Part shown: positions 53,833 to 62,327 of the stretch, piece by piece
Numbering within the stretch: position 1 is the stretch's first letter
Layout of the letters: every line of letters starts with the position of its first letter
DNA from: Giardia intestinalis
Lineage: Eukaryota
DNA length: 64,000 nucleotides
Direction: 5' to 3' (one strand)
Assembly: GCA_000002435.2 (NCBI GenBank)
Contig: CM018790.1
Made by a program: the position numbers and the translations under genes
Notes under the pieces: generated by a model
The model's input: the letters and a program-made list of their open reading frames with translations, nothing else
Told to the model about the DNA's origin: nothing
Database searches by the model: none

Positions 53833-54591
53833 TCAGGGCGGCGACTCGCACGGGGGATTTACTTGGACAGCAACTAGCAAACTAATCTCAGTGAAACAGG
53901 GTAAACATTGTGATATGATCAGCAAGTAGGCGAGTTCACTCACAAGTTTCCTAGGCTGCATCTGTAAGTATGGATCTACAATACCCTCACTCTCGAGAAA
54001 AGATGCTACCTCGGAGTGATTCCATCTATTGGCCGTACGGATGGCATGTACGCCACCTATGTCCTTCTCCTTCTCCAGTAGCAACTTGACACACTCCAGA
54101 TGATCATGCCCTGCTGCAAGCACGAGGGCAGTAAAACCTCTGCCTTTCTGCATGCCTCCCTCAGCATCCAGGAGTAGTCTCACGACCTCGGTGCGGCCAA
54201 AATGTGCCGCCCACATGAGGGCTGTCCATCCATTACTGCTCCTCATACCGCTCTCGCACCTCATCAGCAGCTTCACCACTCTGGTGTGTCCGAGCACCGC
54301 AGCAACCATCAGGGCCGTCCCCCCACTTATGTCTTTCCTCCCTGCCTTGACAAGCTTCGCCACCATCCTTGCCTGATAAGGGATGTAGCGCTTCACCGCC
54401 TTCACGTCGTTTCGGTTGGCTGCCTTCATAAGCGTGGTGACCCCGTTCTCGTCCACGCTGCCTTCATCATCCATTTCTGAAGGCTCAGTTGGGTTTCCTG
54501 CGCCCTCTTCGCTCGTGTCCCTTTCGGGCATGAGGGGTGGGGCGCAGTCGCACTCCTGAAGGAGTTGACCTAAATCATCCGCAGACGACAT
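53833..54591 (-). CDS. Ankyrin-repeat protein (21.1-like), short and possibly 3'-truncated
   Basis: Five ankyrin units (GVTTLMKAANRNDVKAVKRYI, GGTALMVAAVLGHTRVVKLLM, GWTALMWAAHFGRTEVVRLLL, GFTALVLAAGHDHLECVKLLL). The last ~35 aa (…ISQCLPCFTEISLLVAVQVNPPCESPP) are non-ankyrin and run into the dispersed repeat fragment at 53781-53800. ATG at 54591. Confidence 0.6.
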   Translation of the reverse strand: MSSADDLGQLLQECDCAPPLMPERDTSEEGAGNPTEPSEMDDEGSVDENGVTTLMKAANRNDVKAVKRYIPYQARMVAKLVKAGRKDISGGTALMVAAVLGHTRVVKLLMRCESGMRSSNGWTALMWAAHFGRTEVVRLLLDAEGGMQKGRGFTALVLAAGHDHLECVKLLLEKEKDIGGVHAIRTANRWNHSEVASFLESEGIVDPYLQMQPRKLVSELAYLLIISQCLPCFTEISLLVAVQVNPPCESPP

Positions 54592-54994
54592 TTTTACTGC
54601 GGGTCACATAGAGCTCGTGTGTCAGTACGCCTGCAATTCCTGGGCCTCTTGCAGCGCATCCAGATGGCGCATCATACAAAGACTGCACCCCTTGAATTCC
54701 TTCCGTCGCCCCTGCTATGTGTAGCAAGGTGCAATGGAGTGACCTTCGGCCGTGGCGTCAGGCACGCTGTGAACAGAAGAGTTCATTCTGCTTCCTCTGG
54801 TTGGTTTGTCAGCTGTTGCCTGAACAGGTCCTCCATGCGAGCCGCCGCCGCCCCAGGCTGGCAGTCTCTCGCTCGCTCACCAGCCGAGATCCAGAATCCG
54901 AAATCAGAAGGTCAGATATCGTCCAGTTCTGACGGGGAAGATCTGTGCCTCCTCCCCGAGGCGGTAGCGAGTACAGATGAGCGTTCGAGGCTGG

Positions 54995-55153
54995 TAATGG
55001 CACTAATCACTCGCCACGCTGGTCGAGATGGACCCACACGTGACCCATATGAATCCCTCGACAAGAGATGGGGCCCCTGGGGTGTCTGGCTGGCAGAGGC
55101 GGACTGATCCTGACCGCACTGAAGAGTGGTGGCGGCCTGGGCCACCTACCGGG
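54995..55153. repeat. Third, partial copy (~85% identity) of the inverted-repeat arm terminus, similar to 52908-53064 and to the reverse complement of the left arm end 37327-37490
   Basis: ctggtaatggcactaatcactcgccacgctggtcgagatggacccacacgtgacccatatgaatccctcgacaagag...tggctggcagaggcggactgatcctgaccgcactgaagagtgg aligns with 52908-53064. It is preceded by the gagatccagaatccg motif at 54886. Confidence 0.7.
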
Positions 55154-55282
55154 CATCTATATTGGTGAAACAGGGTAAGTTCTCTTCGCTGAACACCAAA
55201 TATAAGACCCATGCGCAGTGTTCCTCAAAGCGAACAAGGTTTGCTGGCATCAAGAAGAATATCGTCATGAGTAATATGCAGT

Positions 55283-56242
55283 TTACTTTGGAGCTTCTGA
55301 AAAGACCTGAGGAGACGTCGACCATGTAAGTTTAGTGCCCTTTTCCTTGCCGTCGTCCTCTACCTCATCGGCCTTCCAGTCCCAGGTCCAGTTCGCCTTT
55401 CCATGACGAATAATAGATCCATCTTCGGTGGCCGAGTAGACGGGTGTAAAGTTAGCATTTGTCCTATCCCACATAGGATTCTTGCTCTTTGAAGGCTTTT
55501 TCCGCGGAGTCTTATTCCGTATAACAGGCTCTCCTGGTTTAGGATCCCATGGGTAGAGCATCTCGCTCTTGCGCATAATCTTGATGGAAGGCATATACTT
55601 CCGCTTGAAAAGCCAATCTACAAGGTCGTTTGCCATGTCAGGCATAGCCTCGACCTTAAGCTTAAGTCTGTTGAAGGTGGGGCTTTTTGTCTGCAGATTA
55701 GGGTGCACCCTGAAGCTTGGCGGGTCCTTCTTGAAGATTATCTGACCCCCCTTAATACATTGAACAACGTGCGGGACAAAGTCTGGTTTTACAATGACAT
55801 GAAGATTATCCGTAGAATCGAAGGGGTAATACTGACAAAACTCATCTAGAAGCGTTACGCAGTCAGTGGCCATGGTGCAGTCTGCCAAATGGTACATCAC
55901 TATCATGATCATGGCCTCACCGGGGTACTCGTCGGCAAACTTCTGAATTGCCTTCTTACCGGTGTCGTACTGATACTGACTGTTCCATAACATACTCTGG
56001 ACGTTGACTCGACCGACTGGGATAGAGGTTACGTTGAAATGGATGCATATCTTTGCTATCAGCTGCTCGTTGGTAGTTGTAACCAAAGCATATGCCTCGT
56101 TTCCATTATAATACACTAGGACGCGCTCGAGCATGAGGTTCTCGCACTGCTTATTGACAAAGTTGTGGAGCTGGTAAACGGAGGTCCTGGGGTCAAACCC
56201 TATGAATTTCGTCGTCGGAAGATAGTCTTCTTTCGTGGCCAT
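55283..56242 (-). CDS. Hypothetical protein, 319 aa, Trp/Lys-rich C-terminus
   Basis: Clean frame, ATG at 56242 preceded by cttgttttttaactttaacaacc on the minus strand. No motif recognised. Confidence 0.6.
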   Translation of the reverse strand: MATKEDYLPTTKFIGFDPRTSVYQLHNFVNKQCENLMLERVLVYYNGNEAYALVTTTNEQLIAKICIHFNVTSIPVGRVNVQSMLWNSQYQYDTGKKAIQKFADEYPGEAMIMIVMYHLADCTMATDCVTLLDEFCQYYPFDSTDNLHVIVKPDFVPHVVQCIKGGQIIFKKDPPSFRVHPNLQTKSPTFNRLKLKVEAMPDMANDLVDWLFKRKYMPSIKIMRKSEMLYPWDPKPGEPVIRNKTPRKKPSKSKNPMWDRTNANFTPVYSATEDGSIIRHGKANWTWDWKADEVEDDGKEKGTKLTWSTSPQVFSEAPK

Positions 56243-56439
56243 GAGCGAGGCAGGTTGTTAAAGTTAAAAAACAAGTGAGTGCATTTTTTGAATCAAAGGA
56301 CATGTTTATTCATCCAGACTGCAGATCACGATAACAACCAAGGCGAAGACACAGGATAACCGACAAGCGTAAATGTAGTAATACAGAAAGCATAGACCTA
56401 ACTATGCCGCGCCATCCAGGACTTAGGCGCACAATTGAC

Positions 56440-56838
56440 TTAGCGTCTAGCATACCGTTTACGCACAGAGGCGCCACGCTGTCTTAGAACAGGTTTCTGA
56501 GTGGATCCACTTACTCTGGTATCGGACGCGTGCTTAGAAATATTCTTTAAAGCGTTAAACTGATCTTCCAAAGACTTTTCTAACATGTTTCGGACAAGTT
56601 CTGGAATAAGAATCTGCAAGTAGAGCGGGCTAGTTTGAGAATTAGCGATGGACCTCACCGGGGTTGCATCTCCGGAGACGATCCGCCCGTTAATAAAAAG
56701 ACCGTAAAAGACCGGCTGAATGCCATATCTGTGAAGGACGACTTTTGCTATAGTGTAAAGGAACTTTACTGTTGCCATATCATCGACCAGCGCACTGACA
56801 GGGTATTTGAGAAGCTCCGATACAAAGATCACCTGCAT
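56440..56838 (-). CDS. Small hypothetical protein, 132 aa, basic C-terminal tail
   Basis: ATG 56838 with AT-rich upstream (ttttgctttgactttttaatttg, minus-strand sense). Compact alpha/beta-like N-terminal 90 aa plus a Lys/Arg tail. No homologue recognised. Confidence 0.45.
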   Translation of the reverse strand: MQVIFVSELLKYPVSALVDDMATVKFLYTIAKVVLHRYGIQPVFYGLFINGRIVSGDATPVRSIANSQTSPLYLQILIPELVRNMLEKSLEDQFNALKNISKHASDTRVSGSTQKPVLRQRGASVRKRYARR

Positions 56839-57221
56839 TTTTGCTTTGACTTTTTAATTTGATTGGCCTAGTTTATATTGTATGATTGTGCAATTGGGAT
56901 CAGCCACTCAACCTGTTGCTGCCTTTCTGCTGTCATCTGGTAAGCTCTAGGATGGCAGCGTTCCTGTCTCTCTGCCCTACCAGGCGCTTTTGACATGTAT
57001 CGCTCATGGGGTGTTTGCTCAATCTTCCTGATCTACAAAGTTGTCTAGTTACTTCTCATCGGGAAAGGACTTACCGTCTAGTTGAAAGGCTTGATTGAAA
57101 TACTATAAAAAAGTGCATGGGCTATGTAGCCACTCGTTTCTCGTTGTTCTAATCCTTTACTCCTCTGCCGTCTATCTTCAGCAACACCGGTGCTCTGACC
57201 AATTAAAAAGTTAATTAAAAA

Positions 57222-57959
57222 ATGGGTCAAGCGGATTCCAGACTCGCTGATTCCCCGGCCGTCCCGAATGACCCCGCCACTGTGGAGGTCACCGTTACCT
57301 GGAACGATCCTAATGGATCGGCAGTTTACTGTATTGGCTCCTTCAACAACTGGACGGAGCGGTTGCCTCTTCAGCGCAACCACTCGGGAACATGGTTTGC
57401 AGTTCTTTATTTACCTCCAGGCATCTATCAGTATAAATTTATAGTGGATGGAAATTGGGTGTGTGCGCCTGATCAGCCCCAATGCCGCGACAACGACGGA
57501 AACCTGAACAATGTGATCCAGATTTCTGTCTCGGGCCACCTTACAGAGCCTGCGAATCAGGAAGATGCCCGTTGTGATTTTAGGCCCGGGGAGTCGCACC
57601 GAGAGATCGATGCGTGGTTCACTCTGTCGATTCCAGATAATCCCAGGGACGTGTGGAAGAGCTTTCCATCTGAGGTGCCGAAGCAGCTCCTGAAGACCAT
57701 TCTCAACGAGACCATCTCTAAGACAGACACATATGAGCCTACACTGCTCCTGCCAATCCCCGAACATGTCACGCTCACGCACTTCTTCCGCCAAAAGAGG
57801 CGGAAGATGATCACCGCGACCTCTGCGTCTATCAAGTATCGCAGCAAGTACCTTACTGTCGTGCTCTACTCGCCGTCCGACGAACCCGTCAACATCCCTG
57901 ACCTGAGCAGAGTTATACATGATTACGTAGCAACCAACAATATCAGACCAGATGTCTAA
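57222..57959 (+). CDS. AMP-activated / SNF1 protein kinase beta subunit (CBM48 glycogen-binding domain plus C-terminal interaction domain)
   Basis: N-myristoylation consensus MGQADS. CBM48 core VYCIGSFNNWTERLPLQRNHSGTWFAVLYLPPGIYQYKFIVDGNWVCAPDQP...NLNNVIQI closely parallels the AMPK-beta GBD (SFNNW...LP...G.HQYKFFVDGQW..DP...N.I.V). Textbook Giardia promoter aattaaaaagttaattaaaaaATG. Confidence 0.82.
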   Translation: MGQADSRLADSPAVPNDPATVEVTVTWNDPNGSAVYCIGSFNNWTERLPLQRNHSGTWFAVLYLPPGIYQYKFIVDGNWVCAPDQPQCRDNDGNLNNVIQISVSGHLTEPANQEDARCDFRPGESHREIDAWFTLSIPDNPRDVWKSFPSEVPKQLLKTILNETISKTDTYEPTLLLPIPEHVTLTHFFRQKRRKMITATSASIKYRSKYLTVVLYSPSDEPVNIPDLSRVIHDYVATNNIRPDV

Positions 57960-58035
57960 CTAGGACACTAATCAGAAATTTACAACACACTGGTGACACA
58001 CGGACGTCCCTGCACACCGTCACCACTTCCTTTCC

Positions 58036-60576
58036 TTAAAGCTTCTTGCCATCTTTTTCTCCAAATAAACCAAGATTATATATGCATGTGTACTCTCCGC
58101 CGTTATTTGTGAATTGAACACGTACCTGTATGAGGTCGTGATTCTCCTGCAGTTGGAAGGCTTGCTGCTCTGGGCCATCGACGTCGAAAGTGAAGCTCCC
58201 CAGCTGAATCTCCTTTCCAGTGGTTGTGCGCCCGATGAACGTTAGATCACGTGGGACAGTAGTCCGGCCGGTAGAGAGCTTCGGCGCAGCTGGATGTGAG
58301 ATAGTGCCGTAGTACAACGTAACTGGGTCCTTAAAACGCAATACAACATGCCCGTTTTTCTTCGTCGGCCAACATGCTCCTGGTGACATGTTCTCGTTGA
58401 ACATGAGCCGTACACGCTCGTTCCCGGAGATGAGAGTTTTGAGGCTCTCTGCGATGTTCGTAATGTCATCAGATTTGCCTGCAATTCTTGTCCCAAAAGA
58501 CTGTTTCGTAAAATCCGTGTACTGTAACCGCAGATCGTCAACTACGCCTTGTGAGACAGTACTTGTGCTTTCGGAAGAGTAGCTCGTTTGCTTCAATAGA
58601 GCCTTCTTTATTATTCCTGCTAGTCCCATCTTCAGATGATCCACGCGCTCGTTAGCCTCCTGAATCATCTTGTTTTCTGAGGCATTTATCCTCTCCTGAA
58701 TAGCAAGAGTAACGTTCTGTGCCTGCTGTGTAATGTGTTGGGAAAGCTTATACCGTGCCTCTTCAAGGTCAGCTAATGTCAACAGTGAGGACTGAGAATC
58801 ACCATGGCTGCCAGTGCTACCAAAGCCAGAGCCCACCCGGTCTGAAAGCTCTCCAAGTACAACGATAATTCTATCTATGGCGTGCTGCATAGAGCTCAGG
58901 CTTTCAGATGCAAACATTACTGGGGCCGTACCATTGACAGATACCTCTGCATTGACAGCGGACTTTGCAGCAAGGTCAATAAGCACAGTGGATAAGCTCT
59001 CTGTCTGTGTACGGATGCTAGCTAGAGAGTCGCTAATTACCTGGTTTGTTATTGCGGCAGCATCCTTCAGCTGTGTCTGGATGTCAAGGAGGATCGATTG
59101 CTGCAAGGCCTGTAACTCTTTAGTGATGCTCTCGTTGCGATATGACGTCTCTAACCTACGTGACAGGCCCTCTATCATCGTAAATAGAGCAGTGAAGTCG
59201 GCAGATCCTGCGGTTACCACTGCATCTGTCGCATCAGATATCTTCCCAACAGCTGCTTTGATTTTCTCCGAGGCTTTCTTTGCTGGCGTTGAGGTCGCAT
59301 TGAAACTGTTGTTCCTGAGGAGATCCTTCATCAGATCGATGGTAGCAGACTGCGCATTCAGCATCTCCTTCTCAAACTTAGCAATAGCATCAGAGAGTGC
59401 AGAAGTGCGCTCCTTGGTCGCTGAAGTCACTTCGTCCCTAACTATCTTGGCTAGATCTTTTAGTTGGTTGGTCGTAATACTCTGATCAGTGGCCCGAGCC
59501 GTATGCTTATCAATTATCTCTGCAATCTTGAACTCCAACTTTTGATGCTGATCCGAAAGTTTGGACGCCACCTGAGTTGCAATGTTATGAATTTCTTTAT
59601 TATCTAGTGTAAATGCGCGAGCATTGCCCCACTCTTTGAGCAGGACCTTGTTGTTTAACTCAAGGAGAGATTGTATTTCTTTCAGTGACGGGCCTGTGCA
59701 GGACACGCCTGCAACACCGTCACCTGTATGTATAGGAACCAGTGGAGCACCAGCGCCAACGATGCCTAGCCCAGCACATCCCGTCCAGAGGCGCATCAGC
59801 AGGTAGCTGAAGATGAAGAGCACCATGAGAGCAAGTAATCCACATGCGCTAGCGTAAACATACTCAGCGCAACCCCATGCTTTCTTGTAGGCGTAGAGCA
59901 TACCGGGTTCGCCAGCTGTAACCACTCTCGTACTCGTTGATAGCCTCGAAGGTGGACGCGGTCTTCTCTTGACACGCTGCTTGACCATGACATACTCATC
60001 TGTGTACTCATCTTCTTGGGACGGTTGGATAGCTGGGGACGGCTTCTTGATAGGAGTGGCCGACTGTCTGAGTGGGGTTGGAGTGGCTGGCTTAGGCACA
60101 TCCTTGGGAGATTTCCGTGCAGGTGGAGGGCTTGGCGTGGGGCTAGATTCTGGAGGAGTTGACGTGCTGGATGTTTCGGAAAGGGAAGCCTGCTGGGGTT
60201 GACTAGAAGAAGAATCCTTATCCTCTGATGTTATTTCGTATTTGGGAGGCTCCTGGACACGGGATCTCTGAATCGGTGCAACTTGTAGAGCTGTCAAAGA
60301 CTTCTGCAATTTAAGCGCATCACTCTGATCCATGAGGGTGTCAATCTTCTTGGGAGGGCGTGCATCGACCTCAGCGGCCATAAGATACTCTTGAAGCCGG
60401 AGGGTCCCCTCGTCTTGATTTCTAAGATTCTGGGTTATCCGCTCAGACTTACCGGATGTTAGCTCCGCCCTAAACCCGTCGCTTGTCTTCCTAAGGACTT
60501 CCTTTGTGTAGGCCTCATCCTCGCGCGTGGGATTCATACGCACAAGGGCTCCCGAAGAGCGAGTGCGGGGCGGCAT
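58036..60576 (-). CDS. SUN-domain (Sad1/UNC-84) inner-nuclear-membrane protein: Pro/Ser-rich N-terminal region, transmembrane helix, coiled coils, C-terminal SUN domain
   Basis: C-terminal ACWPTKKNGHVVLRF...LYYGTISHP...TVPRDLTFIG...IQLGSFTFDVDGPEQQAFQLQ...VRVQFTNNGGEYTCIYNLGLFGE matches the SUN-domain consensus (CW...lEH...aPkdF...LG.F.Y...Q.F...N.G...TClYrfrVHG). Transmembrane segment AEYVYASACGLLALMVLFIFSYLLM. The ORF-track start is GTG; ATG at 60576 is preceded by a very AT-rich tract (aaaaataaaaataaaaATG). Confidence 0.8.
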   Translation of the reverse strand: MPPRTRSSGALVRMNPTREDEAYTKEVLRKTSDGFRAELTSGKSERITQNLRNQDEGTLRLQEYLMAAEVDARPPKKIDTLMDQSDALKLQKSLTALQVAPIQRSRVQEPPKYEITSEDKDSSSSQPQQASLSETSSTSTPPESSPTPSPPPARKSPKDVPKPATPTPLRQSATPIKKPSPAIQPSQEDEYTDEYVMVKQRVKRRPRPPSRLSTSTRVVTAGEPGMLYAYKKAWGCAEYVYASACGLLALMVLFIFSYLLMRLWTGCAGLGIVGAGAPLVPIHTGDGVAGVSCTGPSLKEIQSLLELNNKVLLKEWGNARAFTLDNKEIHNIATQVASKLSDQHQKLEFKIAEIIDKHTARATDQSITTNQLKDLAKIVRDEVTSATKERTSALSDAIAKFEKEMLNAQSATIDLMKDLLRNNSFNATSTPAKKASEKIKAAVGKISDATDAVVTAGSADFTALFTMIEGLSRRLETSYRNESITKELQALQQSILLDIQTQLKDAAAITNQVISDSLASIRTQTESLSTVLIDLAAKSAVNAEVSVNGTAPVMFASESLSSMQHAIDRIIVVLGELSDRVGSGFGSTGSHGDSQSSLLTLADLEEARYKLSQHITQQAQNVTLAIQERINASENKMIQEANERVDHLKMGLAGIIKKALLKQTSYSSESTSTVSQGVVDDLRLQYTDFTKQSFGTRIAGKSDDITNIAESLKTLISGNERVRLMFNENMSPGACWPTKKNGHVVLRFKDPVTLYYGTISHPAAPKLSTGRTTVPRDLTFIGRTTTGKEIQLGSFTFDVDGPEQQAFQLQENHDLIQVRVQFTNNGGEYTCIYNLGLFGEKDGKKL

Positions 60577-60627
60577 TTTTATTTTTATTTTTAGCTTTGG
60601 CTTTGGCTTTAAACAGAAAGCATACAC

Positions 60628-62307
60628 TTAGTAGGATTTGCTACTGCAAGCTCGCCGTTTCGAACATTCGCATGTACACCGCGAAAGAGAATTGCATCCT
60701 GTTCCACAGCTACAGTGGTTGATAGCGTTTTGTTCTAACCTGCGATAGATATCCATTTGGTTAATCAGTAGCTTGCTTTTCTGTGCCAGATATGCTCTCT
60801 CTGTCTTTAGAATAGCTTCTTGAGACGCTAAAGCCTCTGCCTTTGTCCTCAAAACAGCCATATCAAGAGCGGACGCAGTGATAAACCGCTTAGATTCGTG
60901 CTTGAGACTATTCAATTCGGCCTCCAGTAGGTGAGCTCTATCAGCTGCTCGCCTGATCATTTGAAGTTCATCTGCATCAATTGTCACCGTCTTCTGTGCA
61001 GTGGTTGGCCCGGCCCAATTATTATTTCTGGCCACAAGCGATACCTTGTTAACAGTGCTAAGTATTTTACGAGTCCAACGATCTCGTCCAGCACTCTGAA
61101 ACACGAATCCGATGACGCATGTACAGACCCTCCCTGTAAACGTATCCTTTAGATCCAAGAGAAAAGGACATTTCAAGAGGGGAAGTTCTCTATTGCATAG
61201 AGCTGCGAATGCTGCGGAGATCTGTGTCATTATGCTTTCGTTGTTTGCGGATGGATGTATTATGGAAGAGGGCACCTCTACAGCGCTTCGCTCTGATTGG
61301 ACTCCATGACAACCCAAGACTTGGATGTCTCCTAGCCTCTCTGCTCTGCTACACTTTCCTTCCTTGATCCTATGCGCCAACGTCGGGCCACAGGATTGGG
61401 TGATTACAGATTTTCCACTGCTTCCAGATGGAGAAAGATGGTTGATGGATGTTGTCTCTATAAACTGCTGAGAGCCTACCCCTGGAGTGGTTCTTGGAAA
61501 GTGACCCCTTCCCGGAATAGCTTCCTCAAGCACTGGTATGGCAGTGGACCCAGAAGCTCCGCCGACAAAGGGAATTATGCCCAATTTCAACGTGGATGTC
61601 ACTATAAAGGATCCAGATTCGTCTGAAATGGTTATATTGAAGGTAGAGATAGTGGGCATGGTTCGACCTACGTCTATGAGCAGGCTGCAATATGTATTCA
61701 GCAGAGCATCAGGGGTTATATATTGTTGGGGCATGAGGCACACGACACTGTTGTTCTCACGATAGCCAAGTACTTGGCATGATAAGGTGAAGATTGCACC
61801 AGGACTTCTGGCCTTGAGCCTATGCAGTAAGCGAGCAATAAAGCACTGCTCAAGGCTGCTCATGCTGCAGAAGAAGAAGGAAATAGGTTCCGGCAGGGGG
61901 CCGGAAAGGTGCCCCACGTCGGTACCAGCAAACGCAAGAATATGTAGATCCTCTCCGTGGCATAGAAGATCCAGATACCAGTCCAGTACCTCCCCGTAAA
62001 GCCAATCGTTGGTTTCGTCCGGTCCCACAATGGCTTGACAGCTTAATAGGGATCTTCCCTCCCCAAAGCTTATGGGGCCCGCTTCCCTAGCTGCTCTGCC
62101 CCTTCCTCCTCCTCCATGATATGACAGTATCGAGGCGGAGCTCGGGCGTGTAACTCCTTGAGCAATAAACGGAATCGTCAATTGTGAAGTAGACTCCTTT
62201 CGGACTTCATAAAGAGCGGCATGCTTAGGGTTAAAGAAGCAACTGCGGGTAGCTTCTGGGACAGGGATAATGCGGATGTATCCTGAGATTTTGGGCCTTT
62301 GAGACAT
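60628..62307 (-). CDS. Hypothetical protein, about 560 aa, with a C-terminal coiled coil and Cys-rich tail (HCSCGTGCNSLSRCTCECSKRRACSS)
   Basis: The ORF-track start at 62364 is TTG. The first ATG is 62307 (MSQRPKISGY...). No recognised domain. Confidence 0.55.
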   Translation of the reverse strand: MSQRPKISGYIRIIPVPEATRSCFFNPKHAALYEVRKESTSQLTIPFIAQGVTRPSSASILSYHGGGGRGRAAREAGPISFGEGRSLLSCQAIVGPDETNDWLYGEVLDWYLDLLCHGEDLHILAFAGTDVGHLSGPLPEPISFFFCSMSSLEQCFIARLLHRLKARSPGAIFTLSCQVLGYRENNSVVCLMPQQYITPDALLNTYCSLLIDVGRTMPTISTFNITISDESGSFIVTSTLKLGIIPFVGGASGSTAIPVLEEAIPGRGHFPRTTPGVGSQQFIETTSINHLSPSGSSGKSVITQSCGPTLAHRIKEGKCSRAERLGDIQVLGCHGVQSERSAVEVPSSIIHPSANNESIMTQISAAFAALCNRELPLLKCPFLLDLKDTFTGRVCTCVIGFVFQSAGRDRWTRKILSTVNKVSLVARNNNWAGPTTAQKTVTIDADELQMIRRAADRAHLLEAELNSLKHESKRFITASALDMAVLRTKAEALASQEAILKTERAYLAQKSKLLINQMDIYRRLEQNAINHCSCGTGCNSLSRCTCECSKRRACSSKSY

Positions 62308-62327
62308 CAGTTTTGGCCAGTAAAAAA
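62308..62327. promoter_or_regulatory. 20-bp divergent promoter (cagttttggccagtaaaaaa) between the start codons of the 60628-62307 gene (minus) and HscB (plus)
   Basis: Both flanking ATGs (62305-62307 on the minus strand, 62328-62330 on the plus strand) are the first ATGs of long ORFs. The A-tract abuts the plus-strand ATG. Confidence 0.45.
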
